A DNA stretch of 63,616 nt, filler included, from Globobulimina sp. (lineage: Eukaryota): assembly GCA_003354225.1 (NCBI GenBank). It is 18 parts of 18 records of this genome, joined end to end, with 100 filler letters (N's around TTAATTAATTAA, not from the genome) between each part and the next. Parts side by side here need not be neighbours in the genome. Positions count along the whole stretch, not along the records: positions 1 to 3,442 come from PIVH01002784.1; positions 3,543 to 6,984 come from PIVH01002785.1; positions 7,085 to 10,526 come from PIVH01002786.1; positions 10,627 to 14,067 come from PIVH01002787.1; 14 more parts are not named here. One strand, 5' to 3'. Below are positions 1 through 11,834 of the stretch, piece by piece. The stretch's first letter is position 1, and each line of letters opens with the position of its first letter. Made by a program: the position numbers and the translations under genes. The notes beneath the pieces are model-generated. The model was given only the letters and a program-made list of their open reading frames with translations. It ran no database searches and was not told the origin of the DNA.

Positions 1-42
1 CAAGATCAGTACTTATCGGAGAGCCCTATTGCAATATCAGTC

Positions 43-1401
43 ATGTTCCCAATGTCAGCTGCTCAATTTGTTGCAATTGGTTGTTGTGTAATTGCTTTAC
101 CACTCTTTATTATCCTCACTATACTTTTATACAAACACCAACATTTAATTCATTATGAAAAGCGAGGTAAAAAATTGATTTGGGGATCACACATTCAAGC
201 AATGCTATTATTCGGTTATATGAATATTTTTACATTGCTTCGAAATGTTGATACGACATACAATACAATGTGGCCAATATGTATGTTAATGGGTTGCTCA
301 ACACTCGAAATATTTGGTGCGGGTCGCTACTGCTTTCAATTCGTAAATATTCGAAAACAACAAGACTTATCAGAGTGGAAATTACATTTAAATCCGCAAT
401 ATAAATCTAAATTATTTGTAATGAAACATATCAATTTATTTGGTAATAATAAAACAATTACATTCATTTGTTGCATTTTTACTTTATTACTATTCGCAAT
501 ATATATCATTGGCTTTTTATTATTACCCAATGGCTCATATAAAACGTATACGATAATTGTTGGTATTACCACATATTTTATCAGCGGAATATTAAATTTC
601 TTTTTTACGCGATTTGGTAAATTATTCAAATTTGTTGATTTTTGGGGGATATCACAACAACATAAAAATGGCGCAATTTTCTCCATGATATTAGCGTTAT
701 TTTTATTTGTTATCATATGGATTGACATGGCATATGAAACAATATTAGTTTTATCAAACTCTTTTTGTTCGTTTCTGTTGTTATGTTTTATAACTCAAAA
801 TATAATAATTCCATATAAATTATATAAAGAACATGAAAAACAGAGAGCATTGGAACAGCAAATAAATACAGGTTCAAAGAGAAAGCTTAAAGTATTGGAT
901 ACAATTCGTGACAATGAGGGTTATGTGTTATTTATGACGCATTTATATAAAGAGTTTGCTGCTGAAAATCTGCTTTATTTGACTGTATTGATTCAATTTG
1001 AACAGTTTTTAATAAAACATAATTTTATTGACGGCGATAATCTGTCGTTATTAAATGGACGTCATTATGTGCTGCCTGATTGTGTTCCAATTTCAGAATT
1101 CTTTAAATATGACCAACTTTCATCGGATATACAAGAAAAAGTCGCTATTTCATTTATAGCTATTTATGAAAAGTTTATTCAACCGTTTCGTGCTGAATTT
1201 GAAATTAATATTTCCTATGAACTTAGCAATGAATTATTGAAATGTTATGCGAGGATAAAACCAAATGGAAGCACCAATAAAACAGATTTCAATGTTGATG
1301 TTTGGCCGAAATTGCAACTTACAGCACAACAAGCATTTGCATATTTAACTGACTCTCATCAAAGATTTAAATACTATGCAATGCAAATTAGAATCCAGTG
1401 A
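43..1401 (+). CDS. Multi-pass (7TM-like) membrane protein with C-terminal RGS domain
   Basis: About 7 hydrophobic segments in the first ~260 aa, then RGS motifs FMTHLYKEFAAENLLYL and IYEKFIQPFRAEFEINIS. Confidence 0.8.
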   Translation: MFPMSAAQFVAIGCCVIALPLFIILTILLYKHQHLIHYEKRGKKLIWGSHIQAMLLFGYMNIFTLLRNVDTTYNTMWPICMLMGCSTLEIFGAGRYCFQFVNIRKQQDLSEWKLHLNPQYKSKLFVMKHINLFGNNKTITFICCIFTLLLFAIYIIGFLLLPNGSYKTYTIIVGITTYFISGILNFFFTRFGKLFKFVDFWGISQQHKNGAIFSMILALFLFVIIWIDMAYETILVLSNSFCSFLLLCFITQNIIIPYKLYKEHEKQRALEQQINTGSKRKLKVLDTIRDNEGYVLFMTHLYKEFAAENLLYLTVLIQFEQFLIKHNFIDGDNLSLLNGRHYVLPDCVPISEFFKYDQLSSDIQEKVAISFIAIYEKFIQPFRAEFEINISYELSNELLKCYARIKPNGSTNKTDFNVDVWPKLQLTAQQAFAYLTDSHQRFKYYAMQIRIQ

Positions 1402-1817
1402 ATTATTCTCAATTTGTTTGATCACGGTTTGCGAGATCACTTTGCGTGTTTTTGCATGCGTTTTTCACAGTTGTTTTTGTGTTTGTCATTTTTTGTTTGT
1501 GGAACTATTATGTCATTTTCCTTTGCATTTACTTTAGAACATGAATAATTTGATACATTATCCTCGCACACACGGAAGATGGTGATCACTTCCTCTTTAG
1601 TTTATTCACAATTTGTTGTGAGATTGCTAGGATTACTTAAACGATATATTCGTCGAAACGAAACTTCTTCAAAACTTCGATCAAGAAATCAATTCTCCAC
1701 GCGTTCACCATGCATATCTGTTGATTCTCGCATGAAAACGTACGTTTTTTTCAAGAAACAAAAATAAAAACTAAATTTCTTAAAACAATATTACAATAAA
1801 ACAAGACTATATAATAA

Positions 1818-3442
1818 TTAATTAATACAAATAAAATCAATACTTTCATCATCCACATCGCTAACCGGCGTATTTATATCCTCCAATGTTGTATCCAATA
1901 CATGTTGAAACTCCATAGATTCACTGCCATCTTCCAACTCTTCTTCAATATTACTGGCCAACCACTGTTTGCTCGGAATAATAATATCCTCTCTGTTATT
2001 ACTATTATTCTGTCGCTGCATTATCGACGGCAGATTGCTATAACTTTGCTCTACTTTGCTATAATCAATGTCACTGTTCGTATACTGTATATTTAATAAT
2101 TTAATCCATTTGCTCAATATCTCATTATTCTCCACATTAAAATACCAACATCGATCTTGTATCTTTATCTCAAACGAAAACTGTCCATAAACAGATTTAA
2201 AATTCTGTACAACATCGGCATCTTTCAAGGGAATACAGATACAGTTTTTATTCCGTACGTAATCCCGAAAAATAGTATCACTGAAAAATGTCATCTTTCG
2301 TATATTATTTAATTTAGTTTTGTCGCGGAATATAATCAGCCATCCTTTCAACAAAGCGGCATATCTATTTTTAAGGTTTTGTCCCATATGAATTATTTCA
2401 ATATGACACGGCGAATCAAAATAGATTTTTAATATCAATTTATCATAAAATAAGTCGCGTATCTGTGCATACCACGTATTACGAACATTTTCATTCTCTG
2501 CACAAAATATCCACGTTCGATTCGGAGTGGCAATCTCAAATAAAAAACACTCATTTTTCCTACTTTTTTCCTCCTTTTTCCCCCATGAGAATGATTTGTA
2601 ATGTATGCGAGACGCATTTCCTTTGGACCTCTGGTTCAAATCCACCGCAATCGCTGCTTTTAGCACTGGCGCAACAAAGGGTTTTGCCTGAAATTGTTTA
2701 TTTTTTTTGTGTTTCCTCCGATTTAATATAGAAACACTTCTCCTTTTACTGTTCATTGGTGGTTTGTTGTTGAAAAAATCATCAATATTCGGGATGGATT
2801 TAAATTCATTATCAATATTACCAAACATTCTTAACATAGCACAAGAATTAAATTATACATTAACGCAATGTCAAGATACAAACTTATCGCATATTATATA
2901 TTTATTTAATTCATGCGCTACGTACGTACCTTAACCACATTGTATGCCGCAAATCGATATCGCCAATCAACGCACCTTTATCATCAATATTTTTGTTATG
3001 ATAATAATTCAACACTTTATTCTCAAACAAGACAAAAAATCGTTTCTTCCAAGATTTAATATTTTTGCCTCGTTTGATTAAATAGCCAGAAAACACGTGT
3101 TTTCCTTGAACTAATTTGTTAAATAAAGCCACCCATTTTTTGCAATCACTCTCTTTCTCCGCGCTTAATATCCAATTTCTATTCGGTTGAATCAGTGCAA
3201 AGGCATACCTCCGACCGGCGGATAAATTCGATTTTGTGTTTTCAATGATGGACGAATATAAACTGAAAGATTGCGATAATTCCTCGTCATTACTGTTCTG
3301 CCGGTTAAATTTGCGAATATTATCACTGACAATAATGTCTTTATTTCTTTTTTTGTTTCGTCTCCGATGATATTTGGCAATGTGAATATTTTTCAACTCC
3401 ATTCCTCTCTCTTTCTCCTCGCTAATTCCATGCAAATCTGTA
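1818..3442 (-). CDS. Multi-PH-domain protein, 5'-partial; predicted intron 2929-2830
   Basis: SGYLIKRGKNIKSWKKRFFVL plus repeated PH C-terminal signatures (NRNWILSAEKESDCKKWV, NRTWIFCAENENVRNTWY, DRCWYFNVENNEILSKWI); a GT..AG intron joins the two ORFs in frame (WLR|MFG). Confidence 0.8.
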
Positions 3443-3542
3443 NNNNNNNNNNNNNNNNNNNNNNNNNNNNNNNNNNNNNNNNNNNNTTAATTAATTAANN
3501 NNNNNNNNNNNNNNNNNNNNNNNNNNNNNNNNNNNNNNNNNN
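3443..3542. other. Artificial contig-joining spacer (44 N + TTAATTAATTAA + 44 N), first of 17; the others start at 6985, 10527, 14068, 17609, 21150, 24691, 28231, 31771, 35311, 38850, 42389, 45928, 49467, 53005, 56543 and 60080
   Basis: Identical 100-nt spacer with a linker that has stops in all six frames; the intervening segments shrink steadily from 3442 to 3437 bp (size-sorted concatenation). Confidence 0.98.
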
Positions 3543-5481
3543 AACTTGCATAAAAGCATTGGGGCTTGGAACGTATTGCTATTTTCAATGCAGCAATATC
3601 GCATTATGCCGAGTGTCTTTATGGTCCTCTTCTCAATCAGTCGAATGCCCATATTTACAATCTCGCACTGTCTCTCTTTTGCTAACTCAATCGCAACTTT
3701 TAGCAAATACTGTTTATCCACACTTAACGCATCGTAGCCATAAAAGAAATTGCTTTGCCACGCACTGTCGTCGAACACCAGAGACTCTTTTTTCTCTTTG
3801 TTTTCCTCGCTAAGAATCTTTTGGTTTTGGTTCTGATTGACTCGAAAATCACTCTCCAACACCGCAGTAATCGCATACACCATATCCGACGCACTGATAC
3901 TTTGATGGCCGCCATGCTGTTTCGTAAACGATCCAAATGTTAAATTGTCATCCAAACCACCACCACCATGTTGTATATTATCCGCAAATAATTGTGGTAA
4001 CCGGCGTTTATATTCCCTCTTCATTGAATTGTAAGGTTGTTTCGCTTCATTTAATGGCAACGCCATCTTCGCCAACATATATTTTAAGTTATCTTTGCCT
4101 CTTTGCTTCCACACACCCAACGAAGTCGCAACATAACGCGAATAATACATTGAATCATATAACGTCCAAAAGCGCATTAATGTGAATCGAAATTCTGTGC
4201 TGAATTGAATATGAGAGATGTCGCGATGTGTTATAATGGAGGAATTCTCAATATTTGCACCTGCAGAATCTAAATTATATTTGCATTCTGCATCCATGGT
4301 AGAAATATTATTATAAGTCTTATTGCGGCGACTCACTTCGTCACAATAAATGGACACAGATTCGTTGTATTTGTCTCTGTCTATTTTCTCATAAATAAAA
4401 GACTCGGTCAAACCTAATATGGTCATCCATAGCATGGCGTTATCATCTTTTTGAATGCTGCGCGCCATTAAATACATAATGGAGCTACTGTTCAAAGAGT
4501 AATATTGATACTTATAATATTCATCCTGTTCCCGTTGTAAACGTATTAATTCACGCTGTTTATCTGAAATATTATTCTTCTTTTTTACAGTTGTATTGTT
4601 ATTTAATTTCCTTTTCTTTCGGGATGGTTCCCCAAAATCTTCCAAATCAAAATCATCATCGAAGTCATCATCAAACTCATTTTCTTTGTTATTATGTGTG
4701 TTATCAAATTCTTCATCTTCGAAATCAATTAAACGCGGAAAAGCGTCCAAGCTCTGTTCATCCTCACCCTGCAATAAATATATCTGAATAGTTATTTATT
4801 TATTTATTTGTGTATGTTTCACCGAATACAAACAATATCAAATTAATTTATTTAACTCTGGAGTCATTGTGGACATTCATTAAATTGAAGGGACGATGCG
4901 AATCAACCACATAGATTCTGAAATTGTTGTTGATTTCTTGTAAATTGTTATCAATATAAATATTTAATTTTTCATCGTCATCGTCATTGTCTATATTCTC
5001 CATTTCGTCTAAGTCGCTGTCTTCGTCATTATTGTGATTGTTTTTGTTTTTGTCTTCATCATTGTTGTCTTGCTTGTTTTGCCGATATTGGTCGATGATT
5101 GGCCTTACAAATAATAAATCGTTTAGGTCAACAATGGCGCCACAATTGATCATAATCACTGTATGTAGTTCACCAGCACGTATTTGCTGCTGTAAGGAGG
5201 TATCATTATGTCTGGCAATATGTTCATATGATAAGACTGGTTGGATGGTATAACTAATCATTTCCGTTGCGAGTAAGGACTGTGTTGTGTGTTATTGTTT
5301 GTGTGTGGTGTATTATTATTATTATTATTATGTGTGTGGGTCATTTAACTGTAAGTATTTTGGTGGTGCAAATTGAGTCACAATCAGCTGCAGATAGGAT
5401 AACCACAGTGGTTCGTGTTTGGATCCAAACATTATGGATTTTATCAAATATTTCACCCAATTCATCCTTTGGAATAATCAT
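3543..5481 (-). CDS. CDC45: DNA replication initiation factor CDC45, 3'-partial; exons 5481-5350, 5279-4857, 4783-3543
   Basis: VVILSAADCDSICTTKIL, VIMINCGAIVDL, IYVVDSHRPFNLMNV, LMRFWTLYDSMYYSRY, LAKMALPL, SASDMVYAITAVLE; two phase-0 GT-AG introns. Confidence 0.92.
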
Positions 5482-5622
5482 ATTTAATTTAAGTCGCAAG
5501 GAGGAAGGTAGGATTTGTACTGAGCAAAGTTTTTCAATCAAACGAATATAATTATGTTAAACGCAGAAACACGGAGATTATGCAAAACAATTCAATGGAT
5601 TCAATGTTCTAAATTTTGTGTT

Positions 5623-6138
5623 ATGGTTACAAAACTGCAAAACGTTCGATATCGGCATACAAATATAGTTGCAAAAGATTGGAGAAAAGTTGCTTCATTT
5701 TATGAGGGTGTTTTTGGAATGAAAATAGTTGGGCCAGAAAGGAATTTAAAGGGTGATTTTCTTGATAAAGGCCTTGGTTACGAAAATGCCACAATTTGTG
5801 GTGTCCATATGTTAATGCCTGGTTTTGATGAAAGTGATTGTAATGCATTAACGTTGGAAATTTTCGAATATGGAGGAAATATAATAAGTGAGGATACAAA
5901 TTTTATGGATAAAGCAGTGAACCGACAGGGACTGGGACATTTAGCGTTTGAAGTTGACAACATTCATAATGCTATAACACTGATTGAAAAACATGGTGGA
6001 TCAATGTTATCGGAGAAAAATAAAATATCAGCACATAATGTTAAAGGACAAGGATTCTTGGAATGGGTTTATGTTCGAGATAATGAAGGAAACATCATTG
6101 AGCTGCAGCAATGGGGAAAATGTCAATTTTCTGATTGA
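5623..6138 (+). CDS. VOC/glyoxalase-superfamily protein, bacterial-like and intronless (alternative ATG at 5554)
   Basis: HTNIVAKDWRKVASFYEGVFG ... LEIFEY ... GLGHLAFEVDNI ... YVRDNEGNIIELQQW gives the H/E/H/E metal-ligand pattern of paired VOC modules. Confidence 0.85.
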   Translation: MVTKLQNVRYRHTNIVAKDWRKVASFYEGVFGMKIVGPERNLKGDFLDKGLGYENATICGVHMLMPGFDESDCNALTLEIFEYGGNIISEDTNFMDKAVNRQGLGHLAFEVDNIHNAITLIEKHGGSMLSEKNKISAHNVKGQGFLEWVYVRDNEGNIIELQQWGKCQFSD

Positions 6139-6498
6139 TATTGATTTGATTTATTTTGTATTATTAATTTATTATGGATATCGTGCATAGTATTTTATCA
6201 TATCATATACAGAATCGTTTAAAAAAAAAACACTTTTATGAAGTGCAAGGATAATATACGTTGTCGAAAAAAAATTAATTTAATAAAGACACTAACTTTT
6301 CAAAAATGAATAATTAATACAAATTAACAATAAATCAAATGACAAAAAAATAAGTTTTGATTGTTATAAACAGAGAAAATGTAACAATAAAACAATGAAA
6401 AAATATAAAATAATACAAATAACAAACACACTCACTTTTAACACAGTAAAACACAATTTCACAAACAATGCATTGAATGCAAAATATTCATAAACCAA

Positions 6499-6945
6499 TC
6501 AATAAAATGCTTTAACTTTACCAGTGTCTAATTGTTCTCCAATTTGGTGCTCTTTAATAGCTTTTCTTGATGAATGTTTACCTTTTTTTTTCTTCTTACC
6601 GGTATATGGTCCTATAACTGGAAGCATTGTAAGTGTTGGCACGGGAACTGTTGTAGGTGGTGGCATGGGAGGTGCTGTAGGTGCTGGCACGGGGAGTGCT
6701 GTAGGTGCTGGAACTGGAAGTACTGAATCTAGTCCATTGGTGTTAGGAATTGAAATAGGAACGGCATCCATTGTTTTACTTTTTGGTGCATCCACTTGAT
6801 TTAATCTTGAAATGGTTAGACCTTGAGTTTGCACAGCATTCTCCTCCTTGTTTGAATGCACATCACCTCGAAATATTAATGTACTACCATTACCCATACA
6901 CACTGCCACACAAATGGTAATCATTAAAAACAATAAAGTTGACAT
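6499..6945 (-). CDS. Small secreted Pro/Thr-rich protein with a Lys-rich tail
   Basis: N-terminal signal-like segment MSTLLFLMITICVAVCMG; PVPAPTA-type repeats; KKKKKGK. Confidence 0.55.
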   Translation of the reverse strand: MSTLLFLMITICVAVCMGNGSTLIFRGDVHSNKEENAVQTQGLTISRLNQVDAPKSKTMDAVPISIPNTNGLDSVLPVPAPTALPVPAPTAPPMPPPTTVPVPTLTMLPVIGPYTGKKKKKGKHSSRKAIKEHQIGEQLDTGKVKAFY

Positions 6946-7084
6946 GGCTGTAACTAAATAACCTTTTTAAAATTTACAATTTCANNNNNNNNNNNNNNNN
7001 NNNNNNNNNNNNNNNNNNNNNNNNNNNNTTAATTAATTAANNNNNNNNNNNNNNNNNNNNNNNNNNNNNNNNNNNNNNNNNNNN

Positions 7085-8567
7085 GATTATACGTTTTACA
7101 GCACCAACCGCAGCATTACCGGTCCAGCACTGTCCGGGAAAAAACTAAGAACCAAACAAAGTAATCCCGATTTGCTGCAGCAAAGTTTAGATTGTATGCA
7201 TATCTTTTTTTTTTGTACGTAATTGTGTATAATATGCAGTAGTTTATGTTGATGATGCATATGACAGCCAATATTATCATAGTTTGGAGGATGAAGACGA
7301 GAATCTATTGAATCAACCCACGCCGCGCGATGAGACTATAAATTATTTAACTATTTGCGAGCCGGCACCACAAAAAGTATATTTTGCAGATTCCATTCGT
7401 CGTAATCCCGGCGAGAACCGTGGTGCTATGGATCGGTTTAATATAGAAATACCTGGCTCCCATTTGTCCGATGATTATGTGGAGCCCGTTCCGTTTACGG
7501 ATTTTGCACCCCACGTTTTTCGATATTTGCGCGGATTTTGCTATGGTGTGACGGATATAAACTACTTAGAGTCGATACTACCAAATAAATTGTCGGAGGG
7601 CATTATTGGTGATATAGTGGCCAAATTTAGTGAAGGTAGAAGTGGGGCGTTTTTTTTCTATACCAAAGACAATAAATATTTGATCAAAACCTTAAATACC
7701 GATGAAGCTCAATTATTGTTGCAAATATTGCCAAATTATTTAGAATATTTTAAGTCGAATCCAGGCTCGTATTTGACCAAATTCTTTGGTTTACATTCGA
7801 TCAAATTATATTCATTGGTGATTTATTTTGTGGTGATGGAGAATGTGTTTCCATCCAACACGGAGCCGCAAGAAACCTACGACCTGAAAGGAAGTTGGAT
7901 TGCGAGGCATACCAATCACCATCAGGACGAAGGCAAATTGATGAAAGATGAGGATTTGCACAAACAATTGTTGCTAAACAAGGCAATGTCTTCCAACATC
8001 TATGCACAATTATATGCCGATACGCAATTCCTTGAGAATGAAATGATTATGGACTATTCGCTATTGCTGGGCATATATTATATGGGAATAGACCCAGAAA
8101 GCATTGAAAACACAAAAAAGGAACCTAAGGAACCTAAGGAGGAGCAAGAGGACTCAGAGGAGGACGAAGCAAAAGCAAAAGCAAAAGAAAAAGGAAAAGT
8201 GCAAGTAAAAGAAGAGAGGAAATGGGATGCTATCATATCGACGGCGTGCGACAAACATTTTTATCGATCGCGTGCTGGGACTTACCACACTGTCACCAAA
8301 CATGTTGGCAATACAAAAACGGCAATAAAAGCAAAGGTGATTGAAGGGCCTGGCATTTATTATATCGCAGTGATTGATATCTTGCAAAAATGGAATGCGT
8401 CGAAAAGGTTAGAAAAATTGTTTAAAGTTTATTTTCGGTGCATGAATAAAGACGGTGTGTCTTGTGTTGAGCCTAGTTATTACAGACGCCGATTTCTACG
8501 GAAAATGCAATATATTGGCATTCGACCACAAATATCAACAAACAAGAACTTTTTCAAAAAAAAATAA
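7085..8567 (+). CDS. Phosphatidylinositol-phosphate kinase (PIP5K/PIP4K family), 5'-partial; predicted intron 7194-7239
   Basis: FTDFAPHVFRYLR, SEGRSGAFFFYTKDNKYLIKT, VVMENVF, YDLKGS, KDED, IMDYSLLLGI, IDILQKW, YYRRRF. Confidence 0.92.
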
Positions 8568-8720
8568 ATGTGTTTATATAGTGTTGGTGTATTATAAAAA
8601 GTATAATGGTTTGTTGTGTGCAATAATGATTAAAACCGCTTAAAATCCTAAATCTTTCTGTTCGGCACGGAATCCGACAATTTATATTAACTTACATTTG
8701 AAGTAGTTTTGTCATCTGAC

Positions 8721-10502
8721 ATGGCGACTGCAGAAATACCGACATATAACGATAATGACAATGGCTCTCCACCATCGCAATCTCATTCACGTTCAAATGC
8801 ATCATTAATAAATAAATATAAAACATCATCTGATTTATTTGGCACGCCTTTATTTGAGACCTTAGAAACAACCTTTGCTGATATTGATGATTCAGAAGAT
8901 GATTTTTTAGACGACGATGAAGTGGATGATGATGATTATGAATATAACACCGATGAAGATTGGAAAGATGAGGATGAAATTGATAATGACATTGATAATG
9001 GGATTATAAGCCGAGCAGTAACTTTTGCTGTTGGTACAAACAAAGCAAAGGCAAAGCCACCAAATATACCAAAACCACAACAGATATCACTTAAAGCAAA
9101 ATCATATGGCGAATCATTACAAGATTATAAGCACTTTAACATTCGAAGTGTTACCATTTACGGCAATTTGTTTAATAGAAAGCGGACAATAAAGGTAAAA
9201 AAATCAAGCATAAAATTAAAAAAATATAAAAGGATAAAAGAATTGGATGAAGATGAGGTAAATGAAGAGGAAGAGGAAGAGGAAGAGCAGAAAGACGAAT
9301 TATTAAAACGTGAATATATAAAAACGGAGATCATTGAGACTGAGAAGTCGTATCTAAAGGGATTGCAATGTTTATTGAATGAATTTATTAAACCAATATT
9401 TGGCCAGAAAATGATACCTCGCAAATACGAAAAAGAGGTGACATCCATCATACCAATGATTATTAAGTTTCATATTGAATTTTTACACGAATTAACCTGC
9501 GAATACAATAAGGCCGATGCTGGAAACATAAGCAGTGTATTTATAAAATGTGCGGCATTCATGAAGTTATACATTGACTACATCATGAAATATCAGACTA
9601 TTTTGGACATATTCGGTAAACACAATAAATCAAAGAAATTGAAGAAATATCTGAAAAAAAAGAGGAAAGAAAGGAAACCTTTGACCAATCACTTAATTCT
9701 ACCAATACAGAGAGTGCCTCGCTATATGTTGTTATTGCAAGATTTGAAAAAAAACACACCCGCAAAACACAAAAATTATGGCACCATTTGCCGTGCATTG
9801 GATATTGTGGATCGTGTCGCTGTCTCTATCAATGAAAGAAAACGCGAAATTGAGAATATGTCGCAATGTTTGCAAGTAATGGAGACTTTGCGTGAATTGA
9901 ATAGAAACATTGTCGAGCCACACCGTAAGTTTTTAGCTCAGTTTTTATTTCTAAAGAAAGACAATCAACGACCTCGGCAATTTTTTGTATTTAGTGATTT
10001 GATAATTATATGCAACTTAAAAATGAAAGTTAAGATGATATTGGAAATGAGGACCATTGAATTGAAAAAGCAGAACTCGTCATTGAGCTCAACATCCGGA
10101 TCCGCAACAAATACAAATGACAAAATGATCATTTCCTATATAAATGATGCAAAAGACAATGAATTTACACTGTACACAGCAAAGGGAAAACCAATTGAAT
10201 ATGAGACAGATATGGATAAAATTGATGATATAATCGAGTTAAATGAGCTGATAATTAAGTCCCGTTTGCAAGTATGGGATGGTGATCTGTCGCGCCTTGG
10301 GAGTAACGATGGTAAATCTAAGACGAGAGATGCGTTAAAAAAATGTGGTGTGTCACAAGCACAGCAATATAGGAATCAGTTAGAAACACTTCAAAGATTA
10401 AGAGAGAAAAAAGACCAATCCCTGATGAATGTTTTTAGAAAGTCGGCTCTTATCAAAGGCAAAAAAAATAAAGTCTTAGAAATGTTGGGTGCTGATCAGT
10501 AA
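8721..10502 (+). CDS. Dbl-family RhoGEF (DH-PH) with acidic N-terminus
   Basis: EIIETEKSYLKGL, LILPIQRVPRYMLLLQDLKKNTP, INERKR, then PH-like RQFFVFSDLIIIC. Confidence 0.9.
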   Translation: MATAEIPTYNDNDNGSPPSQSHSRSNASLINKYKTSSDLFGTPLFETLETTFADIDDSEDDFLDDDEVDDDDYEYNTDEDWKDEDEIDNDIDNGIISRAVTFAVGTNKAKAKPPNIPKPQQISLKAKSYGESLQDYKHFNIRSVTIYGNLFNRKRTIKVKKSSIKLKKYKRIKELDEDEVNEEEEEEEEQKDELLKREYIKTEIIETEKSYLKGLQCLLNEFIKPIFGQKMIPRKYEKEVTSIIPMIIKFHIEFLHELTCEYNKADAGNISSVFIKCAAFMKLYIDYIMKYQTILDIFGKHNKSKKLKKYLKKKRKERKPLTNHLILPIQRVPRYMLLLQDLKKNTPAKHKNYGTICRALDIVDRVAVSINERKREIENMSQCLQVMETLRELNRNIVEPHRKFLAQFLFLKKDNQRPRQFFVFSDLIIICNLKMKVKMILEMRTIELKKQNSSLSSTSGSATNTNDKMIISYINDAKDNEFTLYTAKGKPIEYETDMDKIDDIIELNELIIKSRLQVWDGDLSRLGSNDGKSKTRDALKKCGVSQAQQYRNQLETLQRLREKKDQSLMNVFRKSALIKGKKNKVLEMLGADQ

Positions 10503-10626
10503 ATTGTGTCAAATTAAATTACAAAANNNNNNNNNNNNNNNNNNNNNNNNNNNNNNNNNNNNNNNNNNNNTTAATTAATTAANNNNNNNNNNNNNNNNNN
10601 NNNNNNNNNNNNNNNNNNNNNNNNNN

Positions 10627-11655
10627 TGACGGCCCAGACATATCAGGCCATTTATCCTCTGCAGGCAATACAAAATAAAACATGCACAACACATCAACTA
10701 ACTCGCTGGGAATAATTATACCAAACTCTTTTGCACAATATTTACTATATCCATTCATAAAAACTAGTGTTTCCCGTCTTATCGCTTCTTGATACAACCT
10801 AAAATCCCACGAAACACAGTCATTGTCCTTCAAATCCTGTATTACATCTCCTTCATCAATAAAATAGAAATGCTCATCCATGGCATTTTGATCAGTCATA
10901 TTATTATGACCCAACACTTTCCCTCTCGTAAACCCTGCACATTCCACATAATAATTCGCAAAATGCGCCATATGAGTATGCCACACAAAATCCATCATTC
11001 TGGTCGGCGATATGGTTTTAGGTAACAACCAACCGCAAGCAACTAAAAACTGTTTGTATTTGAGTATATAAAAATTTCTTCGTTTATCTGGTTTAATGTA
11101 CTCAATCCATACTCTTTCATCACTGTATATGTCATATATAAAATTAAATTGTACTTTGATACTTTTCTCTAAATCCATTGCAGTGAATAGCTTTACATTA
11201 TGCTCATTATGATCGGGTGGAATATTATAATAATTATATACAGCATCTTTGCCAAAGTCACTAATTAACTCATTTGGAGGACACAATATTTGCCCGAAGT
11301 GCTTCATGCAATCAGTAATGTATTGCAGTGGGTGCAGCAAATGTATCCTCCACACAAATTGTATGGAAGGGTCAAGTTTAGTGTTGCTACATATATATGC
11401 ACGGTAGTTTTGTTTTAAATGTATCATAAAATGTTGATATAAGTGTATCATTGTATGTATATTTGGAGAGATATCGTTAAACATTGGCTGAAGGCCTCCC
11501 AATCCAAATGCAGCCAAAATGTTTCCGTAAAGTTGATATTCGTTCAATAAAATTGTCGCAAAGTCTTTGCCAGAATGTAGCTCATTATCTGTTAATAACG
11601 GCGTGGTCACTAATAATGATAAGTTGTCCATATCTGGTGCTTTCTGTTCCGTCAT
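10627..11655 (-). CDS. DUF1399/GRDP-like protein, 3'-partial
   Basis: Two repeats, IQFVWRIHLLHPLQYITDC and MDFVWHTHMAHFANYYVEC; C-terminal NGYSK..IIPSELVDVLCMFYF motif. Confidence 0.65.
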
Positions 11656-11834
11656 TTAAATATGTTCCAATATGCAGTTATAAGAACAAGTACCTGTTGG
11701 TTTGACAAACTTATGTCTCAATTTTGCATCATCACTGCTGCTGCAAAGAGAACCCATTATTCAAAAAAAGAAATTAAAGAAAAAACGTTTTGCTCGAACA
11801 TAAATAAACAGTCTGAAAAAAAACTTTTTTTTTG

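Noticed and set aside
3487-3498. TTAATTAATTAA recurring every ~3.54 kb as a periodic biological element (nanochromosome ends or a repeat array)
   Set aside because: It is always flanked by 44 Ns on each side, genes are cut mid-CDS at the joins, and segment lengths are sorted: an artificial linker.
7085-7300. GPCR-PIPK fusion
   Set aside because: The N-terminus is cut off by the contig edge and no TM segments are visible.
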